Origin: Tagaea sp.
GTDB lineage: Bacteria; Pseudomonadota; Alphaproteobacteria; CACIAM-22H2
Reading direction: 5' to 3'
Assembly (NCBI GenBank): GCA_044224405.1
Contig: JBGAKN010000001.1
Coordinates: 416,973-480,972, forward strand
DNA length: 64,000 bases
Notes under the pieces: generated by a model
Told to the model about the DNA's origin: nothing
Database searches by the model: none
The model's input: only the letters and a program-made list of their open reading frames with translations
In this document: one piece after another, positions 51,644 to 61,244 of the stretch
Position numbering within the stretch: the first letter of the stretch is position 1
Layout of the letters: every line of letters begins with the position of its first letter
Program-made: the position numbers and the translations under genes

Positions 51644-52520
51644 TGTCGTCGGCAAACCGCCTTCGTGACGCGACGGCCGGTGGCGGCAGTTCGCCTTTGG
51701 GATTCAGCAGATTGGCGTCGATCCAGGCTTCCGATGCCGGAAGGAGCTGGCGATAGACGGTTCCGGCGAACCGCCGCGCGGCCCCGCCGACCCAGTCGCG
51801 CGGCAGCAGTTCGGCGGGGAGGCCCGGATCGCGCAGCGCCAGCCGCCGGAAGGCGTGGATCAGCCGCACGCGCCCTTCGAGAGCGGCCTGCGGCGACGTG
51901 CTGCCGCGTGCCGCGCGCGCGAGGCCCGCGAAGGCGGCCATGAAATCGCGATAGCCGCGCCCCAGCGCATCGAGATCCCAGCCCTGCCGGACGAGTGCGT
52001 GCGCCGCCTTGCCGGGCGAGCCTGGCCCTTCGACCAGCAGCGGGCGCAAGGCGGGATCGAGATCGGCGAGCAGCGAGGAAAGCGCTGCGGGATCTGGGCA
52101 GGGATGCAGCAGCGTCTGCGGGCCGACGGCGCCGAAGCCAAGCCACGATAGCGGCCGGCGCACGGCGTCGCGCCCGGCCGCATCGAGGGCCGGCAACAGC
52201 GCCACGCACCATTTGCCGTTCCATTCGCCGGTTGCGCCGGCATAGATGCGCGCCTCGGCTTCGCGCGTGCGATGGCGGCCGGCCTTCGACAGCGAATAGA
52301 AGGCGCTGCGCCCGATGCGTTCGGAAACCAGCCAGTCCTGCGCGACGAGGCGCGAGAGCGCGGTGCGCGCCTGGCTGTCGTTGATGCCGAAAAGGGCGAG
52401 AACGCGCGCGAGCCCGGCATAGGCGAGCGTGCCGCCGCGCGGCGCGACCACGTCGCCGAACAATGTGACGATCAGCGAGCCGGCCCGGATCGGGGCGGCG
52501 GCGTTGCGGGCGGCCTTCAT
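51615..52520 (-). CDS. paaX: Phenylacetic acid catabolism transcriptional repressor PaaX
   Basis: Homology to PaaX (..SLIVTLFGD..RGG..SRIGRSAFYSLS..); ATG at 52518-52520. Confidence 0.85.
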   Translation of the reverse strand: MKAARNAAAPIRAGSLIVTLFGDVVAPRGGTLAYAGLARVLALFGINDSQARTALSRLVAQDWLVSERIGRSAFYSLSKAGRHRTREAEARIYAGATGEWNGKWCVALLPALDAAGRDAVRRPLSWLGFGAVGPQTLLHPCPDPAALSSLLADLDPALRPLLVEGPGSPGKAAHALVRQGWDLDALGRGYRDFMAAFAGLARAARGSTSPQAALEGRVRLIHAFRRLALRDPGLPAELLPRDWVGGAARRFAGTVYRQLLPASEAWIDANLLNPKGELPPPAVASRRRFADDMSRNRVTKT

Positions 52521-52606
52521 GGCGCAGAAGACTAGTCGAGCGCGACGCTTGGCGCGAGAGGCCGATGCGTGCCACTTTTGCGGCAACGATGAACCGGGAG
52601 AAACGC

Positions 52607-53257
52607 ATGTCCGATCCGCTCGCCGACCGCCTTGGCCGCTGCTACAGCTCGGCCGTCCACGACGTGCTGCGCGCCCTGGGGCACGAGCGCTGCGTGCTGC
52701 CGCCGGCGATCAGGTCGCTTGCCCCGCGCGGCACGCTGGCGGGCCCGGTCTGGACGGTGAGCGGCCGGATCGATCGCACGAAATCGAGCCACGAGACGCT
52801 GCTGGAATGGACCGGCCTGCTTTCAAAGGCGCCGGCCGGCACGGTCATCGTGTGCCAGCCCAACACGCACGAGATCGCGCTGATGGGCGAGCTTTCGGCC
52901 GCCGCGCTGAAGTTGAAGGGCGTGCGCGGCTACATCGTCGACGGGGGTACACGCGACGTGGACATGATCCTCGAACTGGGATTTCCGGTCTTTTGCAGCT
53001 TCGCCACGCCCGCCGACATCGGCGCGCGCTGGGTCCCCGACTCGTTCGGCGCGCCCGTCACGATCGGGGCGGTGACGGTCTCGACCGGCGACTATGCACT
53101 GGCGGATGCCGACGGCGTCGTCATCATCCCCAAGGCGATGGCGGAAGAAGCCGTGACGAAGACCGAGCAGGTCGTCGGCACCGAGAACGCCGTGCGCAAG
53201 GCGATCCTCGGCGGAATGGACCCGCAGGCGGCGTATCTCAAATACGGGAAGTTCTGA
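52607..53257 (+). CDS. RraA-like protein / class II aldolase of the HMG-CHA aldolase (4-carboxy-4-hydroxy-2-oxoadipate aldolase) family
   Basis: 216 aa, RraA/demethylmenaquinone methyltransferase-like fold motifs (..GYIVDGGTRDVD..); RBS GGGAG. Confidence 0.75.
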   Translation: MSDPLADRLGRCYSSAVHDVLRALGHERCVLPPAIRSLAPRGTLAGPVWTVSGRIDRTKSSHETLLEWTGLLSKAPAGTVIVCQPNTHEIALMGELSAAALKLKGVRGYIVDGGTRDVDMILELGFPVFCSFATPADIGARWVPDSFGAPVTIGAVTVSTGDYALADADGVVIIPKAMAEEAVTKTEQVVGTENAVRKAILGGMDPQAAYLKYGKF

Positions 53258-53263
53258 GCGGAA

Positions 53264-54076
53264 CTAGGACGCGTCGGCCTTCGCGTGGCCGATGCGGAAA
53301 TCGTTGCGCCCGGTGCGGTCCGTGCCCGCCAGCAGCCAGATCGGCCGCGTGGCGAAATCGACCCGGTAGCCGCTGCCCGAACCCGTTTCCATCAGCGACC
53401 GGTCGAACAGCGACGTGGCCGGCATGTAGCGGATGGCCACGCCCGCGCGCCGCTTGGGCGAGCGATTGGCGTTCGAGCCGTGGATGAGGAACACGTCGTG
53501 CATCGACATCTGGCCGGGGTCGAGTTCGATGTCGGCTGCCGCGCTCTCGTCGAAGGAATCCGGCCGGGCGCGCTGGTTGAGCACGAGATCCGTGCGGTCC
53601 TCGCGCAGATGCGGCAGCAGTTCCTTGGTGCGGTGCGAGCCGGGGATGACGCGCAGGCAGCCGTTCTCAATCTTCGATTCGTCGAGCGCGATCCACACGG
53701 TGCAGGTCGCGAGTGGGCGGATTGGCCAATAGTGGCCGTCCTGGTGCCAGGGCACTTCCATGCCATCGCCACCGGGCTTGCAGAAGATCTGGCAGCCCCA
53801 GAGCACGATGTCCGGGCCGATGGCGCTCGCCACGGCGGAAAGGATCGCCGGATCGCGCGCGAGCTCGAAGAAATCCGAGCTGCCGCGCACGCCTTCGGCG
53901 TTCTTGCCCTCGATATGCGCGCTGATCAGCCGCTCGGGTCGCACGCCGGGATTCTCGGCGATCAGGCGGTCGAGCGTGGCGCGCAGGGAAGCGACGCGGG
54001 CGGGCGCGAGGCGCAGGGAAGGAATGACGTAGCCCGTCTCGCGATAGCGTTCGATCTCGGCGGCCGTAAGGCTCAT
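53264..54076 (-). CDS. PhyH-family Fe(II)/2-oxoglutarate-dependent dioxygenase
   Basis: HxD..H facial triad (PWHQDGHYW, IHGSNANRS); start overlaps stop of upstream ABC permease (ATGA). Confidence 0.8.
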   Translation of the reverse strand: MSLTAAEIERYRETGYVIPSLRLAPARVASLRATLDRLIAENPGVRPERLISAHIEGKNAEGVRGSSDFFELARDPAILSAVASAIGPDIVLWGCQIFCKPGGDGMEVPWHQDGHYWPIRPLATCTVWIALDESKIENGCLRVIPGSHRTKELLPHLREDRTDLVLNQRARPDSFDESAAADIELDPGQMSMHDVFLIHGSNANRSPKRRAGVAIRYMPATSLFDRSLMETGSGSGYRVDFATRPIWLLAGTDRTGRNDFRIGHAKADAS

Positions 54077-54909
54077 GACTTGACCGAGCCCGAGGTGAGA
54101 TCGGCCGCCATGTAGCGGCGGAAGGCGTAATAGATCGCGGCCGGCGGCAGCGCGTAGATGAAGCCCGCCGTCATCAGCAGTTCCCAGGGCGAATCGTCGG
54201 CCGACAGGAACGCGCCCAGCGCCACGGCCAGCGTCGTGTCGATGTCGCGCGACAGCAGCAGGAACGCGTAGAGATATTCGTTCCACGCCAGCAGCAGCGC
54301 GTAGGTGCCGACCGCCATCATCGAGGGCGTCATCAGCGGCACGAAGATGTGGCGGAAGAGCTGCGGGGCGGTGGCGCCGTCGATGATCGCGGCCTCGTCC
54401 AGTTCCAGCGGAAGCTTGTCGGCCGCCTGCTTCAGCACCCAGATCGCATAGGGCGTCGCGACCGTGACCATGGCCAGGATCAGCGCCCACTGGCTGTTGA
54501 GCAGGCCGTAGGTGCCCATCGCCTTGTACATCGGGAGTGCGAGGAACGCCGCCGGCACGAAATAGGTGAGGAGGGCCATGTTCATGATCACCCGCCCGCC
54601 GCGCACGCGCAGCCGGCTGATCGCGAAGGCCGCGGCCGTGGCCACGAACAGCGTGAGGATGCCGACCGCGACCGCGATCAGCACCGAGTTCCACATCTGG
54701 TGCCAGAAATTGATGAGGTAATGGTGCTTCTGCTCGAAGACGAGACGGAAGTTCCGCAAGGTCGGCTCGTCGGGCCACAGGTTGCCCTTGAAGCCCGCCT
54801 CCTTGGGCGAGATCGCGAACAGGAACAGGTGGTAGATCGGGATCATCGTCCAGAGCAGGACGGGAATGCCGACGAGAAGCAGGCGCGCTTCGGTGAAGTA
54901 TTTTCGCAT
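54073..54909 (-). CDS. Carbohydrate-type ABC transporter permease (MalG/UgpE-like)
   Basis: EAA loop region (..IDGATAPQLFRHIFVPL..), 6 TM. Confidence 0.85.
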   Translation of the reverse strand: MRKYFTEARLLLVGIPVLLWTMIPIYHLFLFAISPKEAGFKGNLWPDEPTLRNFRLVFEQKHHYLINFWHQMWNSVLIAVAVGILTLFVATAAAFAISRLRVRGGRVIMNMALLTYFVPAAFLALPMYKAMGTYGLLNSQWALILAMVTVATPYAIWVLKQAADKLPLELDEAAIIDGATAPQLFRHIFVPLMTPSMMAVGTYALLLAWNEYLYAFLLLSRDIDTTLAVALGAFLSADDSPWELLMTAGFIYALPPAAIYYAFRRYMAADLTSGSVKS

Positions 54910-54917
54910 CTACCGGC

Positions 54918-55808
54918 CTATTTCGACAGTCGGCGCATCATGAAGAACATCAGCGGCAGCATCAGCGGCAGCGCCACGATGATCGACGCCATCGCGAGAT
55001 CCACGCGGTCGAGGCGGATATAGCGGATGCCGAGCGTGGCGAGCACGTGGGTGAGATCGGCCGGCCCGCCGCCGGTGAGCAGGTACACGCTGTTGAAATC
55101 GCCCAGCGTGAAGAACATCGAGAGGATCGTGCAGGTCAGGTAGAGCTGGCGCATCGACGGCCAGGTGATGTGCGTGAAGCGCTGGATGCCGCTGGCGCCG
55201 TCAATCGCGGCGGCCTCGTACATCTCCTTCGAGATCGCGAGGCGCCCGGCGAGCAGGATCAGCGTCCAGAACGGCAGCGACTTCCAGATATGCACCGTGA
55301 TGGCGAGCGTGAGGCCGAGCGTGGGATCGTTGAGCCAGTTCGGTCCGTCCTCGAAGGTCAGGTTGTAGATGATCTGGTTGATCACGCCCCATTCGGGATT
55401 GAGCATGAAGCGCAGCGACAGGATCGTGGGGATCGACGGCACCGCCCAGGGAATGATGAACAGGAGCCCGAGCGCGCGGATCCACCAGCGCGGGATCGCG
55501 AAGAATCCCGACAGCAGCAGGGCGATCGCCATCTTCACGTTGATGCCAACCAGCAGGAAAATCGCGGTGTTGTAGACGGAGCTGAGGAAGATCGGGTCTT
55601 CGAACAGCTCGACATAGCTCTCGGGATTGTGACCGAGCCAGAAGCCGTAGGTGACCGGGTAGACCACGAACACGGCGAAGACGAGAAGATAGGGTGCCAC
55701 CAGCACGATGCCCCAGGCCTGCCAGGAGGCCATCCGGGTCGCGGCGGCTGCGGCGACGGGAATGCCGCTTGCGTCGCTTGCGGCGGCGGTGGCGATCGAC
55801 TGGGACAT
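54918..55808 (-). CDS. Carbohydrate-type ABC transporter permease (MalF/UgpA-like)
   Basis: EAA motif (EAAAIDGASGIQRFTHITWP), 6 TM. Confidence 0.85.
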   Translation of the reverse strand: MSQSIATAAASDASGIPVAAAAATRMASWQAWGIVLVAPYLLVFAVFVVYPVTYGFWLGHNPESYVELFEDPIFLSSVYNTAIFLLVGINVKMAIALLLSGFFAIPRWWIRALGLLFIIPWAVPSIPTILSLRFMLNPEWGVINQIIYNLTFEDGPNWLNDPTLGLTLAITVHIWKSLPFWTLILLAGRLAISKEMYEAAAIDGASGIQRFTHITWPSMRQLYLTCTILSMFFTLGDFNSVYLLTGGGPADLTHVLATLGIRYIRLDRVDLAMASIIVALPLMLPLMFFMMRRLSK

Positions 55809-55894
55809 GCGGGGGGCTCGGATTCTGTCGGGTGGTTCGGCGGACCGGCCGGCCGCAGGAGGATCGCCCCCGCGGCCGGCCTTCGTCCCGTCGC

Positions 55895-57262
55895 TTAGCC
55901 GGCGACCTGCTTGATGCGCGCGATCATCTCGTCAATCGCCTTTTCAGGGGCGACCTTCTCGTTGAGCACGCGATTGGCGGCCTTGGCCCAGACGTTCTCG
56001 TTGTTGAGGATCGTGAACTTCCAGTTCTTCGTGAACTCGAAGGGCACGGTGCCGTTGAAGAACTGGCTCTGCACCGCCTGGCGATGGCGGTCGGCCTTCC
56101 AGAACGCGCTGTTCTGCGCGTTCTTCGTGACCGGGAACCAGCGACCCAGCGAACCTTCGACGTACGGCGTCAGGTTCTCTTCCTGGAGCAGGAACGCGAC
56201 GAACTCCTTGGCGCGGTTCTTGTTCTTCGCCTCGGAGAAGACCACGCCCGTCTTGACGGCGGCGCGATAGACCATCGGCTTGCCGTCCGGACGGTTCGGG
56301 AAGCCGGCGGTCGCGATGTTCTTCTCGTAGTTTTCCTTGCCCTTGGCGCGTTCCTCGGCCGTGAGGGACGCATTGTTGGCGTCGTCGAGCCACTTGGCCG
56401 CGATCGAGATGGTCGCGTTGTGCGTCATCACGGTCGTGCGGTTGTGGAAGGCGACGTTGTTGTCGGGGTCCTTCCAGCTGGTCGACGAGGGCGGCGAGCA
56501 GCCCTTCGTGTACGGCGCCGTATAGTCCTTGAGCGCGTTGACGAGCCCGGCCTTCACCGCCGGCTGGTCGACGAGCAGCTTGCCGTCGTCGGCGACGAGC
56601 TTGACGTTATACGCGTCCATGAACGTCAGGAACGAGTAGAACGAGTCCGACGAGTCGACGCCCAGGGGCTGGCCGATGCCGAAGCCGCGCTGGCCGGTCG
56701 CCTTGCGGAAGCCCGGCTGCACCTTGTCGCACCAGAAGGCCCAATAGCCCTTCCAGTCCTTCGGGATGTCGCTTTCCTTGAAGCCCGACTGGTTCAGCAG
56801 GTCGATCCAGTACTGGATGTGCATCGTCTGCTGCTTGAGCGGGAAGGCGTAATAGGCGCGCTTCTTGGCGACGTCGTTCCACAGCAGCGTGGTTTCGACC
56901 GTGTTGCCCGCGAAGGTCGGCAGCAGCGGCTGGATGACGCTCGAGATGTCTTCGAGGCGGCCTTCGAAGGCCCACTTGCCGGTGACCTGGAAGTCGTAGA
57001 CGTCGGCATAGGCGACGTCCGGCACCGTCTTGGCGTCGAGCGCCGCGACCGTCTTCGGGATCATGTCCTGGATCGCGTACTGCGACAGGTCGACCTTCAC
57101 GCCGGTCTTGGCTTCGTACTTCTTGATCGCAGCATAGAGCGCGTCGTCTTCGGCCTTGTAGAAACCCTTGACCCACCAGACTTCGAGCTTTTCCTGCGCC
57201 TGGGCCGGAAGGCTCAAGGCTGCAAGACCTGCAATGACGGCGAAAGCGGCTAAGCGCTTCAT
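55895..57262 (-). CDS. ABC transporter substrate-binding protein, family 1 (sugar/oligosaccharide type)
   Basis: Signal peptide MKRLAAFAVIAGLAALSLPAQA, 455 aa; RBS GGGAGGA. Confidence 0.85.
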   Translation of the reverse strand: MKRLAAFAVIAGLAALSLPAQAQEKLEVWWVKGFYKAEDDALYAAIKKYEAKTGVKVDLSQYAIQDMIPKTVAALDAKTVPDVAYADVYDFQVTGKWAFEGRLEDISSVIQPLLPTFAGNTVETTLLWNDVAKKRAYYAFPLKQQTMHIQYWIDLLNQSGFKESDIPKDWKGYWAFWCDKVQPGFRKATGQRGFGIGQPLGVDSSDSFYSFLTFMDAYNVKLVADDGKLLVDQPAVKAGLVNALKDYTAPYTKGCSPPSSTSWKDPDNNVAFHNRTTVMTHNATISIAAKWLDDANNASLTAEERAKGKENYEKNIATAGFPNRPDGKPMVYRAAVKTGVVFSEAKNKNRAKEFVAFLLQEENLTPYVEGSLGRWFPVTKNAQNSAFWKADRHRQAVQSQFFNGTVPFEFTKNWKFTILNNENVWAKAANRVLNEKVAPEKAIDEMIARIKQVAG

Positions 57263-57494
57263 GTCGTAATCCTCCCTCGTTTACCGCGGCCGACCTTCGG
57301 ATGTGGTCGTTCTCGAGCCGCCAATGGGGCGTCTTATAGCCTGCCCCCCGCCGGGTGTCGACACTCGCGGGACGGTTTTGCGACAAATGGAAACTCTGGA
57401 TTGCGGCCATAAACAGCGCGTAAACGCGATGTCGTCCGGTCGGGGTCGACGGCTGCCCAATCCGTTGGCATGATGCGTCCGACGGGGGCGTTTC

Positions 57495-58499
57495 ATGGCA
57501 TTCAGCGAACTGCGCAACGAGTACGAATCGCCGATGGTCGTGGCGAGCGCCGTCTACCGGAAAGGCACGCGCATGCGCGACATCCCGCTGGAGGATGTCG
57601 GGCCCGCTGCCCTGGCCGAAGGCGAATTCGTCTGGATCGGGCTGCACGAGCCTTCGATGGCGGTTCTCGAACATATCCAGCAGCGCTTCGGCCTGCATCC
57701 CCTGGCCGTCGAGGACGCCAACCGGTCGCACCAGCGCCCGAAGATCGATCTCTACGGCGAGGCGATCTTCATGGTCTTGCGCACGGCGCAGGTGAAGGAC
57801 GCCTGCATCGTCTTCGGCGAGACGCATATCTTTGCCGGGCGCGGCTACGTCATCGCCGTGCGCCACGGGCCATCGACTTCCTACGGCGACGTTCGCGCGC
57901 GCTGCGAGCGCGAGAACGCGATGTTCGCGCGGGGTGCCGGCTACGTGATCTACGCGATCATGGATTTCGTCGCCGACAATTTCTTCCCCGTCATCGACAC
58001 GATCGCCGACGAGGTCGCCGAAATCGAAGGCCACATTGTCGCGAAGACCTTCACCTCGGACGAGGTCAACCGCCTCTACCAGCTGCGCCGCGAGCTGCTG
58101 GGGTTCCGACGGTCGGTGTCGCCGATGCTCGAGGTCTGCGCGCGCCTGGAACGGTACAATCTGCCGATCATCGACGCCGAGATGCGGCCCTACTACCACG
58201 ACGTCTACGACCACGTGCTGCAGGTGAACGAATCGATCGACAACCTGCGCGAGGCGCTCGCTTCGGCTTTCGATGCGGCGATGATGCTCTCGGCCGCGAG
58301 CCAGAACGAGGTCACCAAGAAACTCGCGGCTTGGGCCGCCATCCTTGCCGTGCCCACGGCGATCGCCGGCGTCTACGGCATGAATTTCAAGAACATGCCC
58401 GAACTCGAATACGAGTATGGATATTACGTCGTCGTCGTCGCGATCGTCGCGATCTGCGCCTATCTCTACCGGCGTTTCCGCAAGGCCGACTGGCTGTGA
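57495..58499 (+). CDS. corA: Magnesium/cobalt transporter CorA, second paralog
   Basis: YGMNF signature, two C-terminal TM helices. Confidence 0.9.
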   Translation: MAFSELRNEYESPMVVASAVYRKGTRMRDIPLEDVGPAALAEGEFVWIGLHEPSMAVLEHIQQRFGLHPLAVEDANRSHQRPKIDLYGEAIFMVLRTAQVKDACIVFGETHIFAGRGYVIAVRHGPSTSYGDVRARCERENAMFARGAGYVIYAIMDFVADNFFPVIDTIADEVAEIEGHIVAKTFTSDEVNRLYQLRRELLGFRRSVSPMLEVCARLERYNLPIIDAEMRPYYHDVYDHVLQVNESIDNLREALASAFDAAMMLSAASQNEVTKKLAAWAAILAVPTAIAGVYGMNFKNMPELEYEYGYYVVVVAIVAICAYLYRRFRKADWL

Positions 58500-58511
58500 C
58501 CGGTAGGGAAA

Positions 58512-60182
58512 ATGTCTGATTCAGGCGAGGCGTTCGAAGCGCTGCTTTCCGCCGCCAACGACGCCCGCAATGCCCGCGACCTCGCGACCGCGAGCATGCT
58601 GTACGATCGCGTCCTGCGGCTGCGCCCGAACGATCCGGATGTGCTCTACAATTATGGCCATCATCTCGTCGAATGCGGCGAGGGCGAGCGCGCCTGCCTG
58701 CTGCTGAACGCGGCCCTGGGCGCGGATCCCGGAAATTTCAAGATCGCGTCCGCGCTCGGCGTGGCGCTGCGCGCGACAGACCGCTTCGCATTCGCCGAGA
58801 CGCTCTGGCGTTCGCTGGCGACCGTCATGCCAGACCAGCCGCAACCGCACTACGAGCTCGGGCAGGCATTGCTGGGGCTGGCGCGGCCCGAAGAGGCGGT
58901 CGAGGCGTTCCGCACCGCCCTTCGCTACAGCGCCGGCGTCGCCGAGCGCGACCTGAACTGGAAAGCCTATCTGCTGGCGATGGCCTATGCCGACGGCGTC
59001 GATCCGCTGCTCGTGCGCGACGAAAACCGCCGGCGCGCGGCGGAACTGGCACCGGCGCAGGTCGATCGGACCTATCCGAACGCGCGCGATCCCGAACGGC
59101 GCCTGCGCGTCGGCTACGTGTCGTCGGATTTCCGCGCCCATTCGGTCGCGCGCACGATGGAGCCGCTGTTCGCCAACCGCGACCGCGACCGCTTCGAGAT
59201 CTTCGCCTATGCCGAGGACCGGCGCAGCGATGCGGTCACGCGGCGTTTCCGCGAAATGGCCGATGCGTGGCGCTCGACCGCCGGGCTGGACGATTCGAGC
59301 GTGGCGCGCGCGATCCGGGCCGACGGAATCGACGTGCTGGTGCTGTCGGCGGCGCATTTCGACGAAAACCGGTTGGGTATCGCGCTGCACCGTCCGGCAC
59401 CCGTGCAGGTGTCGATCTACGATTCGGCGCCGACCGGTTCCGACGCTTTCGACGCGCTCGTCGTCGATCCGGCGATGGCCGGCGGCGGGGACGATCATCC
59501 GACCGAGCGCGTCTTCCGGCTGCGCAGCATGTACGTGCATCCGCCGCTCGACTTCGCGCCGCCTGTTGCAGCCGCGCCTGCCGCCGCGAACGGCTACGTC
59601 ACGTTCGGTTCGGCCAACCATCCCTCGAAATTCTCGAAGCGGACATTCGCGCTCTGGGCGGCGGCGCTGCGTGCGGTGCCTTCGTCGCGCCTGCGGCTCA
59701 AGTCCGCGCGGCGTTACGACGATCCGACGATGCGCGAGGTGCTGGCGCGGCGTTTCACCGAACTGGGCGTGGCGCCCGAACGCCTGATCTTCGATCGCGG
59801 CGATCTCGGCCTTGCCGCCCATCTCTCGTTCTATGCGCGCATCGACGTCTCGCTCGACACGACGCCGTTCAACGGCGCCACGACGACGTTCGAATCGCTG
59901 TGGATGGGCGTGCCGGTCGTGGCGCTCGCCGGCCGGACGATCATGTCGCGCTGGGCGCTTGCCGTGCTGTCGCGGATCGGCCGGCAAGAATGGGCCGCAC
60001 CCGACGAGGCGGGCTTCGCGCGGATCGCCGCCGCGCTCGCCGCCGCGGCGCCGGCGCAGGATCGCGCGGCCTTGCGCGCTGCGGTGCAGCATTCGGCACT
60101 CTGCGACCTGCCGCGCCATGCGCGCGACTATGAACGCGTCTATCGCGCCCTTTGGCGGCGTTGGTGCCGGCGCACGGCCTGA
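58512..60182 (+). CDS. TPR-repeat protein with C-terminal GT41-like (O-GlcNAc transferase / SPINDLY-type) glycosyltransferase domain
   Basis: N-terminal TPR repeats, C-terminal block (..VTFGSANHPSKFS..RIDVSLDTTPFNGATTTFESLWMGVPVV..) typical of GT41. Confidence 0.7.
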   Translation: MSDSGEAFEALLSAANDARNARDLATASMLYDRVLRLRPNDPDVLYNYGHHLVECGEGERACLLLNAALGADPGNFKIASALGVALRATDRFAFAETLWRSLATVMPDQPQPHYELGQALLGLARPEEAVEAFRTALRYSAGVAERDLNWKAYLLAMAYADGVDPLLVRDENRRRAAELAPAQVDRTYPNARDPERRLRVGYVSSDFRAHSVARTMEPLFANRDRDRFEIFAYAEDRRSDAVTRRFREMADAWRSTAGLDDSSVARAIRADGIDVLVLSAAHFDENRLGIALHRPAPVQVSIYDSAPTGSDAFDALVVDPAMAGGGDDHPTERVFRLRSMYVHPPLDFAPPVAAAPAAANGYVTFGSANHPSKFSKRTFALWAAALRAVPSSRLRLKSARRYDDPTMREVLARRFTELGVAPERLIFDRGDLGLAAHLSFYARIDVSLDTTPFNGATTTFESLWMGVPVVALAGRTIMSRWALAVLSRIGRQEWAAPDEAGFARIAAALAAAAPAQDRAALRAAVQHSALCDLPRHARDYERVYRALWRRWCRRTA

Positions 60183-60267
60183 TCCGGCACGATTTTCGAT
60201 GTTGCGTTGCGGCATCGCTTGACGGAACCGGGCGCCGCGCCAATCCTGATTACAAAGGAGATCCGCC

Positions 60268-61050
60268 ATGGCCGACGGTGATGCCGTCCCGGTTGCAGGA
60301 TCGGAAGAGCAGAAGAAGCTCGAAATTCTCGCCGTCGAAGTGCTCTGCGGCTTCATCGAGACCGTGCAGGCGCGCCAGAAGGACGGCGGCGGCGCGATCC
60401 AGCTCGGCGATCTCAACGCCGCGATGACCGAGATGATCAACAACGGCCGGATCGCCAAGATCGCGCAGGTGGCGCTGGCCGGCATCGGGCAGGAACTGCG
60501 CCATCGCTGGGCGCGGCTGCTGCGCCGCGACGCGTTCGGCCGCGTGCTGTGCGAGCCGCTGTCGGGGCTGTTCGAGGAAGGGAAGGTGCCGCGCAGCGTG
60601 CATCACGGCGTGCGCCACTTCGCGCGGATGGTGCTGGGCGAGGAACTCGAAGCGGCACTCGTCAAGGAAGCGGCCGCGCTGATGGCGACATGCACCGGCC
60701 CCGAGGGCGTGGACTGGAACCGCTTCTATCGCCTCGCGCAGCCGATCTGGTGGCAGTTCGTCGTGCGCCTGCCCGCGGCGTTCCGCCATTTCGACGCGCG
60801 TCTCAACCACTTCCTCGGCATCCTCAACACGAACACGGGCCAGGTCAGCCTGTCGGCGAATGTCGTCGTGAAGACGGGGCGCGCGATGGGTGCCGACATC
60901 GTCGGCCCGGCGCAGGTCCGCCTGATGCTGTCGGCGTGGATCGCGACGGTCGATGCGCTGGGCGAAGCCGAGCGCGCGACGATGGCGGCGGCCACGGGAT
61001 TCTCGGTCGCCTTCGACGACCTGCGCGCGGAACTCGATCCCGACGCGTGA
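60268..61050 (+). CDS. Hypothetical protein (260 aa), no recognisable domain
   Basis: Good RBS AAAGGAGA 7 nt upstream, coding-like codon usage. Confidence 0.55.
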   Translation: MADGDAVPVAGSEEQKKLEILAVEVLCGFIETVQARQKDGGGAIQLGDLNAAMTEMINNGRIAKIAQVALAGIGQELRHRWARLLRRDAFGRVLCEPLSGLFEEGKVPRSVHHGVRHFARMVLGEELEAALVKEAAALMATCTGPEGVDWNRFYRLAQPIWWQFVVRLPAAFRHFDARLNHFLGILNTNTGQVSLSANVVVKTGRAMGADIVGPAQVRLMLSAWIATVDALGEAERATMAAATGFSVAFDDLRAELDPDA

Positions 61051-61078
61051 CAATCGGCTATTTCCGGAGGAAGGCGGC

Positions 61079-61152
61079 TGGAGCGGGTGAAGGGAATCGA
61101 ACCCTCGTATGCAGCTTGGGAAGCTGCCGTTCTACCATTGAACTACACCCGC
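61079..61152 (-). tRNA. tRNA-Gly (anticodon CCC)
   Basis: Reverse complement GCGGGTGTAGTTCAATGGTAGAACGGCAGCTTCCCAAGCTGCATACGAGGGTTCGATTCCCTTCACCCGCTCCA folds as a cloverleaf with anticodon loop TTCCCAA and encoded CCA. Confidence 0.85.
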
Positions 61153-61209
61153 GGACCGGCGCCGCGCGGCACTATATGAAGACTTGCCCGGACGGCGCAA
61201 GGCGTGCGC

Positions 61210-61238
61210 TTGACAGCCCCGGCCCGAGCGCCTAGTTT
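61210..61238 (+). promoter_or_regulatory. Candidate sigma70 promoter TTGACA-N17-TAGTTT driving the metZ leader
   Basis: Hexamers read directly just upstream of the riboswitch-like leader. Confidence 0.4.
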
Positions 61239-61244
61239 CCGGCT

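Noticed and set aside
50269-52608. 779-aa ORF spanning paaB, paaA and paaX
   Set aside because: Composite run-through. The individual paa genes are in their own frames with their own starts and RBSs.
57263-57494. Distant inverted repeat CGTTTACCGCG ... CGCGTAAACG in the binding-protein/corA intergenic region
   Set aside because: The halves are about 150 bp apart and imperfect. This is likely coincidence rather than an operator or element terminus.
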